Shown here one piece after another: positions 9,464 to 19,150 of a stretch of DNA of 64,000 bases (the stretch's first letter is position 1; the number at the start of each line of letters is the position of its first letter). Where the stretch lies: the NCBI GenBank assembly GCA_012798115.1, contig JAAZNV010000006.1, positions 91,971-155,970 of the forward strand. The letters run 5' to 3'. Made by a program: the position numbers and the translations under genes. Under the pieces are notes generated by a model. It was given only the letters and a program-made list of their open reading frames with translations, was not told where the DNA came from and searched no databases. The DNA comes from a candidate division WWE3 bacterium (GTDB taxonomy: Bacteria; Patescibacteriota; WWE3; UBA101185; UBA10185).

Positions 9464-10066
9464 TTATCTTGAATAAAATTCAATAATTGATTGTATATCC
9501 ACCCTCTCCTGAAGGTCGTCTTCAGCTGGGAATCTGATATACTTTACGGATTTTTCTTTAAGGTTTGCTTCTAGCCAATCTGGCATCACAAAACCTTCTC
9601 TTAAATGAATCTTTTCAAAAGCTACGGGTTTGATTATATCACCAGCTTTAATTTGCATAGAAGGTATTGTTACCGCCTTGTCATTTACAGAAAACAAGCC
9701 TCTTCTAATATTTTGCCTTGCTTGTGCTCTAGAAACTGCAAAACCGCTTCTATAAACTAAGTTATCAAGTCTTGACTCAAGCTTTTGAATAAGAATTGTT
9801 CCAGACACACCTTTAGTTTTTAAAGCTTCTCTTACATAGTTTCTAAACTGTCTTTCTAAAATCCCATAAATTCTTTTTGCTTTTTGCTTTTCCCTAAGTT
9901 GCCTACCGTATTCTGATAGTGGTTTTCTACTCAGTCCATGTTGTCCAGGTGCTTGAGGTCTTTTTTCAAAAGGACACTTTTCACTCTCACACTTCTTACC
10001 TTTCAAGTTAAGTTTTACACCTTCTCTTCTGCATAACCTACATTTTGCATCAGTGTATCCTGCCAT
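9464..10066 (-). CDS. rpsD: 30S ribosomal protein S4 (Zn-binding type)
   Basis: CRLCRREG, QLREKQK, LESRLDNLVYR, IIEFYSR. Start moved to ATG 10066 (MAGY), 1 nt after the rpsK stop. Confidence 0.96.
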   Translation of the reverse strand: MAGYTDAKCRLCRREGVKLNLKGKKCESEKCPFEKRPQAPGQHGLSRKPLSEYGRQLREKQKAKRIYGILERQFRNYVREALKTKGVSGTILIQKLESRLDNLVYRSGFAVSRAQARQNIRRGLFSVNDKAVTIPSMQIKAGDIIKPVAFEKIHLREGFVMPDWLEANLKEKSVKYIRFPAEDDLQERVDIQSIIEFYSR

Positions 10067-10067
10067 G

Positions 10068-10442
10068 TTAAACCCTTCTTCTGTTTTTAGGTCTACACCC
10101 ATTATGTGGAATGGGAGTTTGATCTGAAATTGATACTATATTTAAACCTGCGCTTTTTAGAGCTTTGATGGAAGATATTCTTCCAAGTCCTGGTCCTTTA
10201 ACAAATACTGCAACTTCTCTAATTCCTGCAGCATATGCCAAAGCTCCGGATTGTTCAGCTGCTTTTGTTGCAGCATAAGGAGTAGCTTTTCTTGATCCTT
10301 TAAACCCTGATTTTCCTGAACTTCCTGTAAATAATGTATTACCTTTATCATCGGTAATGGTAACAATAGTATTGTTCATACCTGCAGTAATAAAAGCCTT
10401 TCCACTTGATGTAATTATTTTTTCTTTCTTTTTCTTTGGCAT
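10068..10442 (-). CDS. rpsK: 30S ribosomal protein S11
   Basis: NNTIVTITD, GFKGSRKATPYAA, TPIPHNGCRP. Confidence 0.97.
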   Translation of the reverse strand: MPKKKKEKIITSSGKAFITAGMNNTIVTITDDKGNTLFTGSSGKSGFKGSRKATPYAATKAAEQSGALAYAAGIREVAVFVKGPGLGRISSIKALKSAGLNIVSISDQTPIPHNGCRPKNRRRV

Positions 10443-10443
10443 A

Positions 10444-10830
10444 TTATTTCTTAGTTAATTTCTTTTTCATGCCTCCTACAGTTTTCCTTTTACCTTTTCT
10501 TGTTCTAGCATTTGTCCTTGTTCTTTGTCCTCTAACTGGAAGACCTAAGTAATGTCTTAACCCTCTGTAACTTTTAATTTCCTTCAATCTCCTAATGTTT
10601 GCAGAAACTATTCTTCTTAATTCTCCTTCGATTGGTATTTCCAGCTCTGAAATTTTACTGTTTATTGTTGCTATTTCTGCTTCAGTTAAGTCCTTTGCTC
10701 TTGTATCAGGATTTATTTTTGTTTCTCCAAGTATTTTCTTTGATGTAGAAACACCAATACCTTCAATATAAGTAAGGGCTATTTCTACTCTTTTTTCATT
10801 TGGTATGTCTACACCTTTAATACGAGGCAT
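10444..10830 (-). CDS. rpsM: 30S ribosomal protein S13
   Basis: [33 protein letters not shown]. Confidence 0.97.
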   Translation of the reverse strand: MPRIKGVDIPNEKRVEIALTYIEGIGVSTSKKILGETKINPDTRAKDLTEAEIATINSKISELEIPIEGELRRIVSANIRRLKEIKSYRGLRHYLGLPVRGQRTRTNARTRKGKRKTVGGMKKKLTKK

Positions 10831-10835
10831 ATTTA

Positions 10836-10952
10836 TTATCCTTGTCTTTGTTTGTGTTTAGGATTTCTTTTACAAATAACCCTAACTACACCTTTCCTTC
10901 TTATTACTTTGCATTCTCTGCAAATTGGTTTCACTGACGACCTAACTTTCAT
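10836..10952 (-). CDS. rpmJ: 50S ribosomal protein L36 (38 aa, absent from the ORF track)
   Basis: Manual translation gives [38 protein letters not shown], located between infA and rpsM. Confidence 0.96.
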   Translation of the reverse strand: MKVRSSVKPICRECKVIRRKGVVRVICKRNPKHKQRQG

Positions 10953-10980
10953 ACTTGAAAGATCCTTCTTTCACATTTAA

Positions 10981-11199
10981 TTATTTTAAGCGGAAAGTAA
11001 TTCTACCTCTAGTAAGATCATGAGGAGAGAATTCAACTCTCACTTTATCTCCTACTAAGACTCTTATATGTTGTTTTCTCATTTTTCCTGATATCATAGC
11101 CAAAGCTAATGACTCATCATCAAACTGCACCTTAAACATCCCACTCATAAGAGTTTCTATTACTTTTCCATCTTTTTGTATTACTTCTTTTGTACTCAT
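10981..11199 (-). CDS. infA: Translation initiation factor IF-1
   Basis: [31 protein letters not shown]. Confidence 0.96.
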   Translation of the reverse strand: MSTKEVIQKDGKVIETLMSGMFKVQFDDESLALAMISGKMRKQHIRVLVGDKVRVEFSPHDLTRGRITFRLK

Positions 11200-11218
11200 C
11201 GTTTAAACGACGCGCTTG

Positions 11219-11247
11219 ATTGTATCAGAGCAAATATTCAAGGTCAA
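11219..11247 (-). promoter_or_regulatory. sigma70 promoter of the infA/alpha operon (TTGACC-17-TACAAT, extended -10)
   Basis: Near-consensus hexamers with a 17-nt spacer and TG extension, 19 nt upstream of the infA ATG. Confidence 0.7.
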
Positions 11248-11298
11248 TAACTCTTTGACCTATGGATCATATGTTATCAAACATTGTTGAAAAAGCAA

Positions 11299-11334
11299 TA
11301 AAAAAGATCCCCTTCGATATTTCTCCCGAAGGGG
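11299..11334 (-). terminator. Rho-independent terminator of the orphan gene
   Basis: Minus strand CCCCTTCG-(10 nt)-CGAAGGGG followed by ATCTTTTTT. Confidence 0.75.
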
Positions 11335-11374
11335 TTTGTGTATTTCATAAATAACTTAGATCGAATCTTGTTAT

Positions 11375-11941
11375 TTATACGAAAATATCAGGGTTTGCTT
11401 CTACATACCTAGATAGCCATTTTAATATCTCTGTTGATATATCTTCTTCCTTTATGACTTCATAGAGTACGTCTTGCTGCACAATTCTACTTTCATCTTT
11501 AAGCACAAAAATTGGTCCGTTTATTCCCATGAAAAGGTCTATGGAAATATCTTCCTGGTTTGCATAGTTTTTGCTTCTAATACCAAAACTCTGGCCGTAG
11601 ACTCTGGGGTAGGATACCAAAGTTGAAAATTCAGGAGACACTTCATCTGGAAAGATCACCGTTATTGGATTTATCTCTTGAACCAGAGTCCTTTCGTATT
11701 CTTTAAGTAAGGAGAGAACATCTCTCTGATGAAACCAGACCTCTTTGGTATTAACCTTCATATGCTTTACGATTTCTTTTAGCAGATTACAAGCTGGTGA
11801 GGACCAAGTACTTAAAGAGCTAACAACTGTATCTATCTGCAGCTGTTTATTCATCTTCTCTTCGTTTTTCTATATTTCGGATTTTTCTTTTTCTTTTAAT
11901 CCCTTTTGAATCGCTTCTTCAACACGCTCTGATAGGTTCAT
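11375..11941 (-). pseudogene. Hypothetical protein gene (~188 aa) interrupted by an in-frame TAG at codon 24 (11870-11872); pseudogene or readthrough
   Basis: ATG 11941 has SD AAGGAG and is in frame with ORF 11375..11854: MNLSERVEEAIQKGLKEKEKSEI*KNEEKMNKQLQ... Confidence 0.6.
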
Positions 11942-11971
11942 TTTTTCTCCTTTTATAGTTTATTGATCAGG

Positions 11972-12000
11972 ATCCTACTACAGAGTTGTTGAAGTATCAA
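11972..12000 (-). promoter_or_regulatory. Putative promoter of the orphan gene (TTGATA-17-TAGGAT)
   Basis: Hexamers at 11995-12000 and 11972-11977. Confidence 0.5.
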
Positions 12001-12009
12001 ATCAATATA

Positions 12010-12038
12010 TTGAGAGCTAAATAAAATCAGGATATACT
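12010..12038 (+). promoter_or_regulatory. Putative serS promoter (TTGAGA-17-TATACT)
   Basis: Near-consensus hexamers with a 17-nt spacer, 9 nt before the GTG start. Confidence 0.6.
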
Positions 12039-12047
12039 CTAGGAGAC

Positions 12048-13316
12048 GTGTTAGATATTAACTATATAAAAGAAAATAAAGAAAAGGTAAAAAAAGCTAT
12101 CATTGATAAAAGATTAGACGGGACTATTGATATAGACAAACTTCTAAAAGTGTACGAAGAATATCTTTCTTTGTTAAAGAAAGTTGAAATAGAAAGAAGC
12201 AATAGAAATAAAATATCTGAAGAAGTTGCTAAAGCTAAACCTTCTGAGAAGGAAAAATTTATTCAAGAAGCAAAGGTAATAAAAGATGTACTTCAAAGGA
12301 TGGAAAAAGAGTTAGAAGAATTGAAGTCTAGATTGGACAATATGTTGCTTTGGGTTCCTAATGTTCCTGCTGATGATGTACCTGTTGGGAAGGATGAAAC
12401 AGGAAATGTTGAAATTAAGAAGGTTGGGAAGATAAAAGACTTTAAATTTGAACCTAAAGATCATGTAGAATTGGGGAAATTACTAGATATTATTGATATC
12501 GATAGGGGAGCAAAGATTGCAGGGTTTAGAGGGTATTTTTTAAAAAACGAAGGGGCTATTCTTGAACAAGCAATATTAAGATATGCATTTGAATATATGA
12601 TCAAGCAAGGTTTTACCTTCATGAGTGTTCCTTGGATGGTAAATCCTGGTTTTTTTACCGGAACAGGGTATTTCCCTTGGGGGGAAAATGATCATTATAG
12701 AGTGGATGATAAAGCATTAATTGGAACTGCAGAAGTATCTTTAACTTCATATTATGCAGGTGAGACGTTAGAAGAAAAAGACCTTCCAGTAAAACTTGTT
12801 GCATTAAGCCCTTGCTTTAGGAAAGAGATTGGAGCTTATGGGAAAGATACTAAAGGAATATTTAGACTTCATCAGTTTTATAAAGTGGAACAAGTTGTTC
12901 TTTGTGAAGCAAGTGAAGACACATCAAGAAAGTGGCATGAACAAATGCTTGGTTTTTCAGAATCAATTCTTGAAGGTTTAAGTCTCCCATATCGTGTACT
13001 TCTTATGTGTACTGGGGATATCGGAGCAGGGCAAAGGAAAAAATATGATATTGAGACTTGGTTTCCTTCTCAAAAAATATACAGAGAAACTCACTCTGAC
13101 TCATACTTTTTAGATTTTCAATCAAGAAGACTAAATATTAAATACAAAGCAAAGGATGGAAGTTTAAAATATGTTCATACGTTAAACAATACAGTAGCTG
13201 CTACTCCAAGGCTTCTTGCGGCAGTTATGGAAAACTATCAAAAGAAAGATGGATCTATTGAAATTCCTAAAGTATTAAGAAAGTATACAGGTTTTAAGAA
13301 GATAGTACCTAAATAG
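12048..13316 (+). CDS. serS: Serine--tRNA ligase
   Basis: MLDI N-terminus, coiled-coil arm, LIGTAEV, CFRKEIG...KDTKGIFRLHQF.KVE, HTLNNT, ENYQ. Confidence 0.97.
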   Translation: MLDINYIKENKEKVKKAIIDKRLDGTIDIDKLLKVYEEYLSLLKKVEIERSNRNKISEEVAKAKPSEKEKFIQEAKVIKDVLQRMEKELEELKSRLDNMLLWVPNVPADDVPVGKDETGNVEIKKVGKIKDFKFEPKDHVELGKLLDIIDIDRGAKIAGFRGYFLKNEGAILEQAILRYAFEYMIKQGFTFMSVPWMVNPGFFTGTGYFPWGENDHYRVDDKALIGTAEVSLTSYYAGETLEEKDLPVKLVALSPCFRKEIGAYGKDTKGIFRLHQFYKVEQVVLCEASEDTSRKWHEQMLGFSESILEGLSLPYRVLLMCTGDIGAGQRKKYDIETWFPSQKIYRETHSDSYFLDFQSRRLNIKYKAKDGSLKYVHTLNNTVAATPRLLAAVMENYQKKDGSIEIPKVLRKYTGFKKIVPK

Positions 13317-13337
13317 ATTTATGTTAGGATTTATTTA

Positions 13338-14030
13338 ATGAGCATATTTGAAGGACTGAAAATGCCAAGAGTAATCTATGAGGTTGAGTCTAAATACAAT
13401 GGAAATGTTAAGGTAGTTGAGGTTGGCAGTACAAGAAAGATTTTAGTAGATGATGTTTCTCAATCAATAAGTTGTAACTCACCAAGTATTTCAAAGCTTT
13501 ATTGGGGTCAGCTCGTAGACTCTTTAAAGGAGAAGTCTCCTGATGTTAAAAATGTTTTAATACTTGGGCTTGGAGGAGGCACCCTTGTTCATTTAATATC
13601 TAAAAATTTTCCGGAGGCCAAGATTACAAGTGTAGAGTGGGATCCTGTGATGGTTGATATTGCTAAGAAATATTTTAACTTAGATTCTGTTCATGAACAT
13701 AGAGTGATTATAGATGATGCTTTGAAAGTAATAGTGGAGCCAGAAGAATATAATATTCCACTAGGGAGCTTTGATGTTTTAATAGTAGATATTTTAAATG
13801 GGAGTGCATACCCAGATCTTGGAAAGACAGGAAATTTTATTGCAGCTTTAAAGAAGCTTGTTTCCCCTAATGGTTTAATAATCTTTAATAGAATATATAC
13901 GGAAGACTACCAAGATGATGTTAACTTATTTATTGATTACGTTGAAAGTTTCCTTGGCGAAACCGAATTAGAAGTAGTTGCAGGTTATACTAACTCGGAT
14001 AACATTTTGATATTTGGGAAGGTAAAATGA
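13338..14030 (+). CDS. Spermidine synthase-like SAM-dependent methyltransferase-fold protein
   Basis: VLILGLGGGT, VEWDP.MVDIAKKYF, IDDA, FDVLIVD. Confidence 0.75.
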   Translation: MSIFEGLKMPRVIYEVESKYNGNVKVVEVGSTRKILVDDVSQSISCNSPSISKLYWGQLVDSLKEKSPDVKNVLILGLGGGTLVHLISKNFPEAKITSVEWDPVMVDIAKKYFNLDSVHEHRVIIDDALKVIVEPEEYNIPLGSFDVLIVDILNGSAYPDLGKTGNFIAALKKLVSPNGLIIFNRIYTEDYQDDVNLFIDYVESFLGETELEVVAGYTNSDNILIFGKVK

Positions 14031-14034
14031 GCTT

Positions 14035-14853
14035 ATGAGCATATTCAGATCCTTAGTATTGGGAGTAATACAAGGTTTTACAGAATTCCTGCCAATTTCA
14101 TCTTCAGCTCATTTGATTGTATTTAGATCATTGTCTGGCTGGGAAGAAATGCCTTTAGTTTTTGATACTACTCTTCATTTAGCTACTGCGTTATCTTTGA
14201 TTGTTTGCTTTTGGAACGATTTAAAGGTGATTACCTCATCTTTTTTCAAAGACGTTTTTTCTTCGCATAGTATTAAACTAAAAGAATACTCTTCTAACTC
14301 TCTTCTTGGGTTAAAAATTATTGTTGGGTCTATTCCTGTTGGTTTGGCTGGATTTTTCTTTGGAGATTTAATTGAAGCTAAGTATAGAAATCTTCTTCTT
14401 GTCTCCTTCTTCTTAATAACTGGAAGTATTTTAATGTATTTAGGGGAAAAGAAATTTGAGAAAAGACTTTTTATTAAAGATGATATTTCATTAAGGAAGA
14501 GTTTTGATGTTGGATTGTTTCAGGTTTTGTCTTTGTTTCCAGGAGTATCTAGATCTGGATCTACAATCTCAGGAGGTATGATTTTTGGGTTAAATAGGAA
14601 AGAAGCAACAAGATTTTCTTTTTTGCTTTCTATTCCTATTGTAGTCATAGCTGGAGTTTTTCAGTTGCTTCATTCTTATAGACTCTTATCTTTAATTAAT
14701 CCGTTGTGCTTATTAGTAGGTTTTGTATCCAGCTTTCTAGTTGGAATTTTGTGCATTAAGTTTTTGTTAAAGTTTGTACAAACAAATAATTTATATCCTT
14801 TTATTATTTATAGACTGATTCTAGCTGGAGTCATTTTACTAGTCTTAGTTTAA
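14035..14853 (+). CDS. uppP: Undecaprenyl-diphosphatase BacA/UppP
   Basis: QGFTEFLPISSSAHL, PGVSRSGSTI, ATRFSFLLSIP; polytopic membrane protein. Confidence 0.95.
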   Translation: MSIFRSLVLGVIQGFTEFLPISSSAHLIVFRSLSGWEEMPLVFDTTLHLATALSLIVCFWNDLKVITSSFFKDVFSSHSIKLKEYSSNSLLGLKIIVGSIPVGLAGFFFGDLIEAKYRNLLLVSFFLITGSILMYLGEKKFEKRLFIKDDISLRKSFDVGLFQVLSLFPGVSRSGSTISGGMIFGLNRKEATRFSFLLSIPIVVIAGVFQLLHSYRLLSLINPLCLLVGFVSSFLVGILCIKFLLKFVQTNNLYPFIIYRLILAGVILLVLV

Positions 14854-14895
14854 TCTTCTTGTTTATTAATCATGTAAGTTCCAACAAATTTCTAA

Positions 14896-14904
14896 TGTTA
14901 TAAT
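14896..14904 (+). promoter_or_regulatory. Extended -10 (TGTTATAAT) 9 nt upstream of secA ATG
   Basis: Perfect TGn-TATAAT with no SD before the ATG. Confidence 0.6.
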
Positions 14905-14913
14905 CATTTTGAT

Positions 14914-17466
14914 ATGTTTGGTGGTATTTTTGATTCTAATGAAAAACAAATAAAAAAGCTTAAACCTCTTTTAGATAAAGTTAATGGTTTTGAAGAATCT
15001 GTAAAAAAATTAACTTCAGAACAAATAAAAGAAAAAACAAACTATTGGAAAGAAGAATTAAAGAGACTAAGTGATGAAGAAAAAGAAAAATATTTAGATA
15101 ATATTCTTCCAGAAGCTTATGCTCTTGTTAGGGAATCTGCGCTTAGAACATTAAATCAAAGACATTTTGATGTTCAAATATTAGCTGGGATTGTACTTCA
15201 TCAAGGAAAAATTGCAGAACAAAAAACAGGAGAAGGAAAGACTTTAACAGCTACTCTTCCTTTGTATCTTAATTCATTAACTGGAAGTGGGGTTTCTCTT
15301 ATTACTCCAAATGATTATCTTGCAAGGCATGGAGCTGGTTGGATGGGTTCTGTTTATAACTATTTAGGAGTTAGTGTTGGGGTAATAATGCAAGAAAGAG
15401 CTTTTGTATTTGATCCTAACTTTGAAGGCAATGAATTTGAAGATTCTTATTCTATTCATTTAAGGGAAGTTTCAAGACAGCAAGCTTATCAATGTGATGT
15501 TATATATGGAACTAATTATGAGTTTGGATTTGATTATTTAAGAGATAACATGGTGGGAAGGTTAAAAGATATGGTTCAAACCAACCCTAATGGTGACTGG
15601 GGAGTGCATAATTTTGCAATTGTCGATGAAGTTGATTCCATCTTAATTGATGTAGCTAGAACCCCACTTATTATATCTGCAGCAGACCAAAAACCTAGTG
15701 AAAGGTATCACCAATCAAATACTATTGTTAAATCCCTTATTAAAGATACTGATTATGAGCTTGATGAAAAGTATAGAAATGTAACATTGACTGATCTTGG
15801 AATAAGAAGGGTAGAAAGGCTTTTAGGAATAGATAATCTTTATGAACAAGATTTTGAAATGGTTCATTTAATTGAACAAGCATTAGCTGCAAATACTTTG
15901 TATGAAAAAGATAGGGATTATGTTGTTAAAAATGGAGCTGTTGTTATTGTTGACCAGTTTACTGGGAGACTTCTCCCAAACAATAGATTTTCGCATGGAC
16001 TTCATCAAGCTATAGAAGCTAAAGAGGGTGTAGTCATACAGCAAGAATCAAAGACTCTAGCTGAAATTTCGTACCAAAACTACTTTAGGATGTATAAAAA
16101 GCTTGCTGGAATGACTGGTACTGCAGCTACAGAGTCAGAAGAATTTTTTAAGATTTACAAATTAGAAGTTGTAGTAATACCAACCAACAAGGAATGTATA
16201 AGGAAAGATGATAATGATGTTATATACAAGACAGAAGCTGGAAAATTTAAGGCAGTTGCTGATGAAATAGAAGCAAGGCATAAAAAAGGACAACCTGTTC
16301 TTGTTGGTACTACGTCAGTTGATAAGAGTGAACTTCTTCATAGTTTTCTCCAAAGAAGAGCTATTTCTCATGAAATATTAAATGCTAAAAACCATGAAAA
16401 GGAAGCTTTAATTATTGCTCAAGCTGGGAGACTTGGTGCTGTTACTATTTCTACTAATATGGCTGGTAGAGGAGTAGACATTTTACTTGGTGGCGATCCT
16501 CAAGATCCAGAAGAACAAAAGAAAGTTTTAAATGCTGGAGGACTTTGCGTACTTGGAACTGAAAGACACGAGTCAAGAAGAATTGATAATCAATTAAGAG
16601 GAAGATCTGGAAGGCAAGGAGATCCAGGAGAATCAAAGTTTTTTGTTTCACTTCAAGATGACTTGATGAGAATATTTGGTGGGGAGTCTGTTTCTAGAAT
16701 AATGGACAAATTTGGTATTGATGAAAATATTCCTCTTGAAGCAGGAATGGTTTCAAAAGCAATTGAAAATGCTCAAAAGAGAGTAGAAGGGTTTAACTTT
16801 GATAGAAGAAAACAACTAGTTGAAATGGATGACATAATGAACACTCATAGGGAAGTTGTTTATAAAATTAGGAGAAGAATATTAGAGTTAGGAGAAGGAA
16901 AGGAAGAAAACAAAGAGTGGGTAGTAGAAAAGTTATCTGAGTTTTCAGGATTAAGTGAGGATGAATGGGTTAAGAAAGAAAATGAATTTGAAAAAGAAAC
17001 ATGGTTGCAAATTGTTAGTGGTTTTAGTCTTCCAGTTATTGACTTTCTATGGATGGATCATCTTGTTGATATGGATCAAGTTAGAGAAGGAATTGGTTTA
17101 AGAGGGTATGCTCAGAGGGATCCAATGGTTGAGTATAAAAAGGAAGGACATGAAAGATTTGAAATTCTTGTCTCTAAGATTTATGCAATGGTTGGAGAAA
17201 GACTTTTATCTGTTTCTAAGAATGCTCAAGTTAAGAGAGAAGAAATGCAACAAAAAAATATTACTTATCATCATGGGGAGTTAGAAACTGGTGTTTCTCA
17301 AGAAGGAAAAGAAATAGAAAGAAACATTGTGGATGATACTGGAAGAAAAATAAGAGTTGAAAAAGTTGAGTCCGGAAAGGAAAAGATTGGGAGAAATGAT
17401 CCTTGTCCTTGTGGAAGTGGAAAGAAGTATAAGAATTGTCATGGGAGAACACCTAACATTGTTTAG
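14914..17466 (+). CDS. secA: Preprotein translocase ATPase SecA
   Basis: KTGEGKT, DEVDSILID, TNMAGRG, HESRRIDNQLRGRSGRQGDPG, SEC-C motif GRNDPCPCGSGKKYKNCHG. Confidence 0.98.
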   Translation: MFGGIFDSNEKQIKKLKPLLDKVNGFEESVKKLTSEQIKEKTNYWKEELKRLSDEEKEKYLDNILPEAYALVRESALRTLNQRHFDVQILAGIVLHQGKIAEQKTGEGKTLTATLPLYLNSLTGSGVSLITPNDYLARHGAGWMGSVYNYLGVSVGVIMQERAFVFDPNFEGNEFEDSYSIHLREVSRQQAYQCDVIYGTNYEFGFDYLRDNMVGRLKDMVQTNPNGDWGVHNFAIVDEVDSILIDVARTPLIISAADQKPSERYHQSNTIVKSLIKDTDYELDEKYRNVTLTDLGIRRVERLLGIDNLYEQDFEMVHLIEQALAANTLYEKDRDYVVKNGAVVIVDQFTGRLLPNNRFSHGLHQAIEAKEGVVIQQESKTLAEISYQNYFRMYKKLAGMTGTAATESEEFFKIYKLEVVVIPTNKECIRKDDNDVIYKTEAGKFKAVADEIEARHKKGQPVLVGTTSVDKSELLHSFLQRRAISHEILNAKNHEKEALIIAQAGRLGAVTISTNMAGRGVDILLGGDPQDPEEQKKVLNAGGLCVLGTERHESRRIDNQLRGRSGRQGDPGESKFFVSLQDDLMRIFGGESVSRIMDKFGIDENIPLEAGMVSKAIENAQKRVEGFNFDRRKQLVEMDDIMNTHREVVYKIRRRILELGEGKEENKEWVVEKLSEFSGLSEDEWVKKENEFEKETWLQIVSGFSLPVIDFLWMDHLVDMDQVREGIGLRGYAQRDPMVEYKKEGHERFEILVSKIYAMVGERLLSVSKNAQVKREEMQQKNITYHHGELETGVSQEGKEIERNIVDDTGRKIRVEKVESGKEKIGRNDPCPCGSGKKYKNCHGRTPNIV

Positions 17467-17475
17467 CAAGGTTGC

Positions 17476-19092
17476 TTACTTGTTAAGTATTTTGTTCAAA
17501 TAAGTTTGACACAACTGATTGGTTGGATCTGCATCTAAGCATTTTTGGAAATATTCTGTGGCTTTATCATAGTTTTCTTCAAAGTAGTAAATCTCTCCTA
17601 GTTTAAAAGATGATTGATATAGTCTTGGATTCATATCTGTTGCTTGTGCTAAGTATTTTTTAGCTTTCTCAATATTGCCTATTTGACTGTATATATAGCC
17701 GATATTATGTACTGCATCTGCATAATCCGGCTTTAATGCTACTGATCTTTTAAAATTTTCCAGTGCCAGTTCGTAGTTTTTCTCTTCTGCATATACATCT
17801 CCAAGATTATTATAGACTCTATAGCTATATGGGGCTGTTTTTCTTGTTGCAAACCAAAGGTTCTTGCTATTTTTAAGATCGTTGTTTCTAATAACAGTTC
17901 TTATAGAAAAGAATGTTAACAATACAATTGTAAAAATAATAGAAAGGTTTTTTGTCTTATATTTATCTTCTGCTTTTAGTATTAATATACCTACCATTGC
18001 AGAGTAGAAAGCTGAAGCTATGTACAAATATCTTTCTGCTGCTGTCCATGCAATTATTATTGGGCTAAAACTAGGGAGTATGGAAAATATAATGATCATC
18101 ATTAGACCTGCAACGACTCTATCTTTTTTCCATAAGTATATTGTTAAAGAAATGATTGCTATGGTTATTATGACCATAAAAGCATATTCTACATTTCCTA
18201 AAACTTTTCCTTCATGATATATACTAAGCTCCATGGGGAAGGCTAGTAACTTGTATTCCATATAAATTGTATATGGAATTCTGTTTATGAGAGGAGTAGA
18301 AGTTTCTTCTTTAACATAATAAAGAGTTTGAAGTTCCTGAACTCTTTGCTTAAAAAACCCTGGAATAAGAATAGCAGCAAATATTAAGGATATTATTGCA
18401 TATGGAACGTACATTTTAATGTTTTTCCATGTTATTTTCTCTTCAAGCACAAATTGATCTAAGAGTATTAATATCACTGGTGTTACAAATAACCAACCAG
18501 AACTCCTGAAGAAGAGCATACCAACAAGGAATATCAACGATGAGTATAAAAGACAATACTTATTTTTTGACTTTTTGTATATTGCATAAAAAAGGAGCGT
18601 ACCAAAGATAAATATTCCTCTAATTAGATAAGGATAACCTGATATCCAACCTACAGCTTCAGTGTTAACAGGATGAGTGATAAATAAGGCTGTAGCTATT
18701 AAGGACACTTTCCTTCCAAATAAAACGTACATGAGCAAAAAGACTAAGATACTGTTTATGCAATGCATAATGATTGCAGCTACATGATAAGCAGTTGGGT
18801 TTAATCCGAAGATCTTAAAAATAACTACCTTGTATAAGTTGTATCCTTCCATACTTTTAATTGCTGCAGATATGTTTCCTATGTTTGGATCGTTAACTAT
18901 TCCACTTATATCATCAAGGTTTAAAAACTTTCCATTTATTAAATTTGCATATATGAGGAAGCAGGACAATATAATTGCTATTAAAAGGATTATATTTGCT
19001 TTTAAAAATCTAATAAGATCTTTCATTCCACCTATTTCAGTACCTAGATTTTCTATGGTAATTTGTTTCTTTTGTTTGTTATTATTTTTCAT
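17476..19092 (-). CDS. TMTC-like GT-C glycosyltransferase with C-terminal TPRs
   Basis: Loop DD after TM1 (FLNLDD), HPVNTEAVGWISG, AERYLY, many TM helices, then TPRs (YNNLG, HNIG). Confidence 0.8.
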   Translation of the reverse strand: MKNNNKQKKQITIENLGTEIGGMKDLIRFLKANIILLIAIILSCFLIYANLINGKFLNLDDISGIVNDPNIGNISAAIKSMEGYNLYKVVIFKIFGLNPTAYHVAAIIMHCINSILVFLLMYVLFGRKVSLIATALFITHPVNTEAVGWISGYPYLIRGIFIFGTLLFYAIYKKSKNKYCLLYSSLIFLVGMLFFRSSGWLFVTPVILILLDQFVLEEKITWKNIKMYVPYAIISLIFAAILIPGFFKQRVQELQTLYYVKEETSTPLINRIPYTIYMEYKLLAFPMELSIYHEGKVLGNVEYAFMVIITIAIISLTIYLWKKDRVVAGLMMIIIFSILPSFSPIIIAWTAAERYLYIASAFYSAMVGILILKAEDKYKTKNLSIIFTIVLLTFFSIRTVIRNNDLKNSKNLWFATRKTAPYSYRVYNNLGDVYAEEKNYELALENFKRSVALKPDYADAVHNIGYIYSQIGNIEKAKKYLAQATDMNPRLYQSSFKLGEIYYFEENYDKATEYFQKCLDADPTNQLCQTYLNKILNK

Positions 19093-19150
19093 GTTGCTTA
19101 TTTACTTATATTGTATAGTTTAACTGATTATACTGTTATTATATAAAGTT

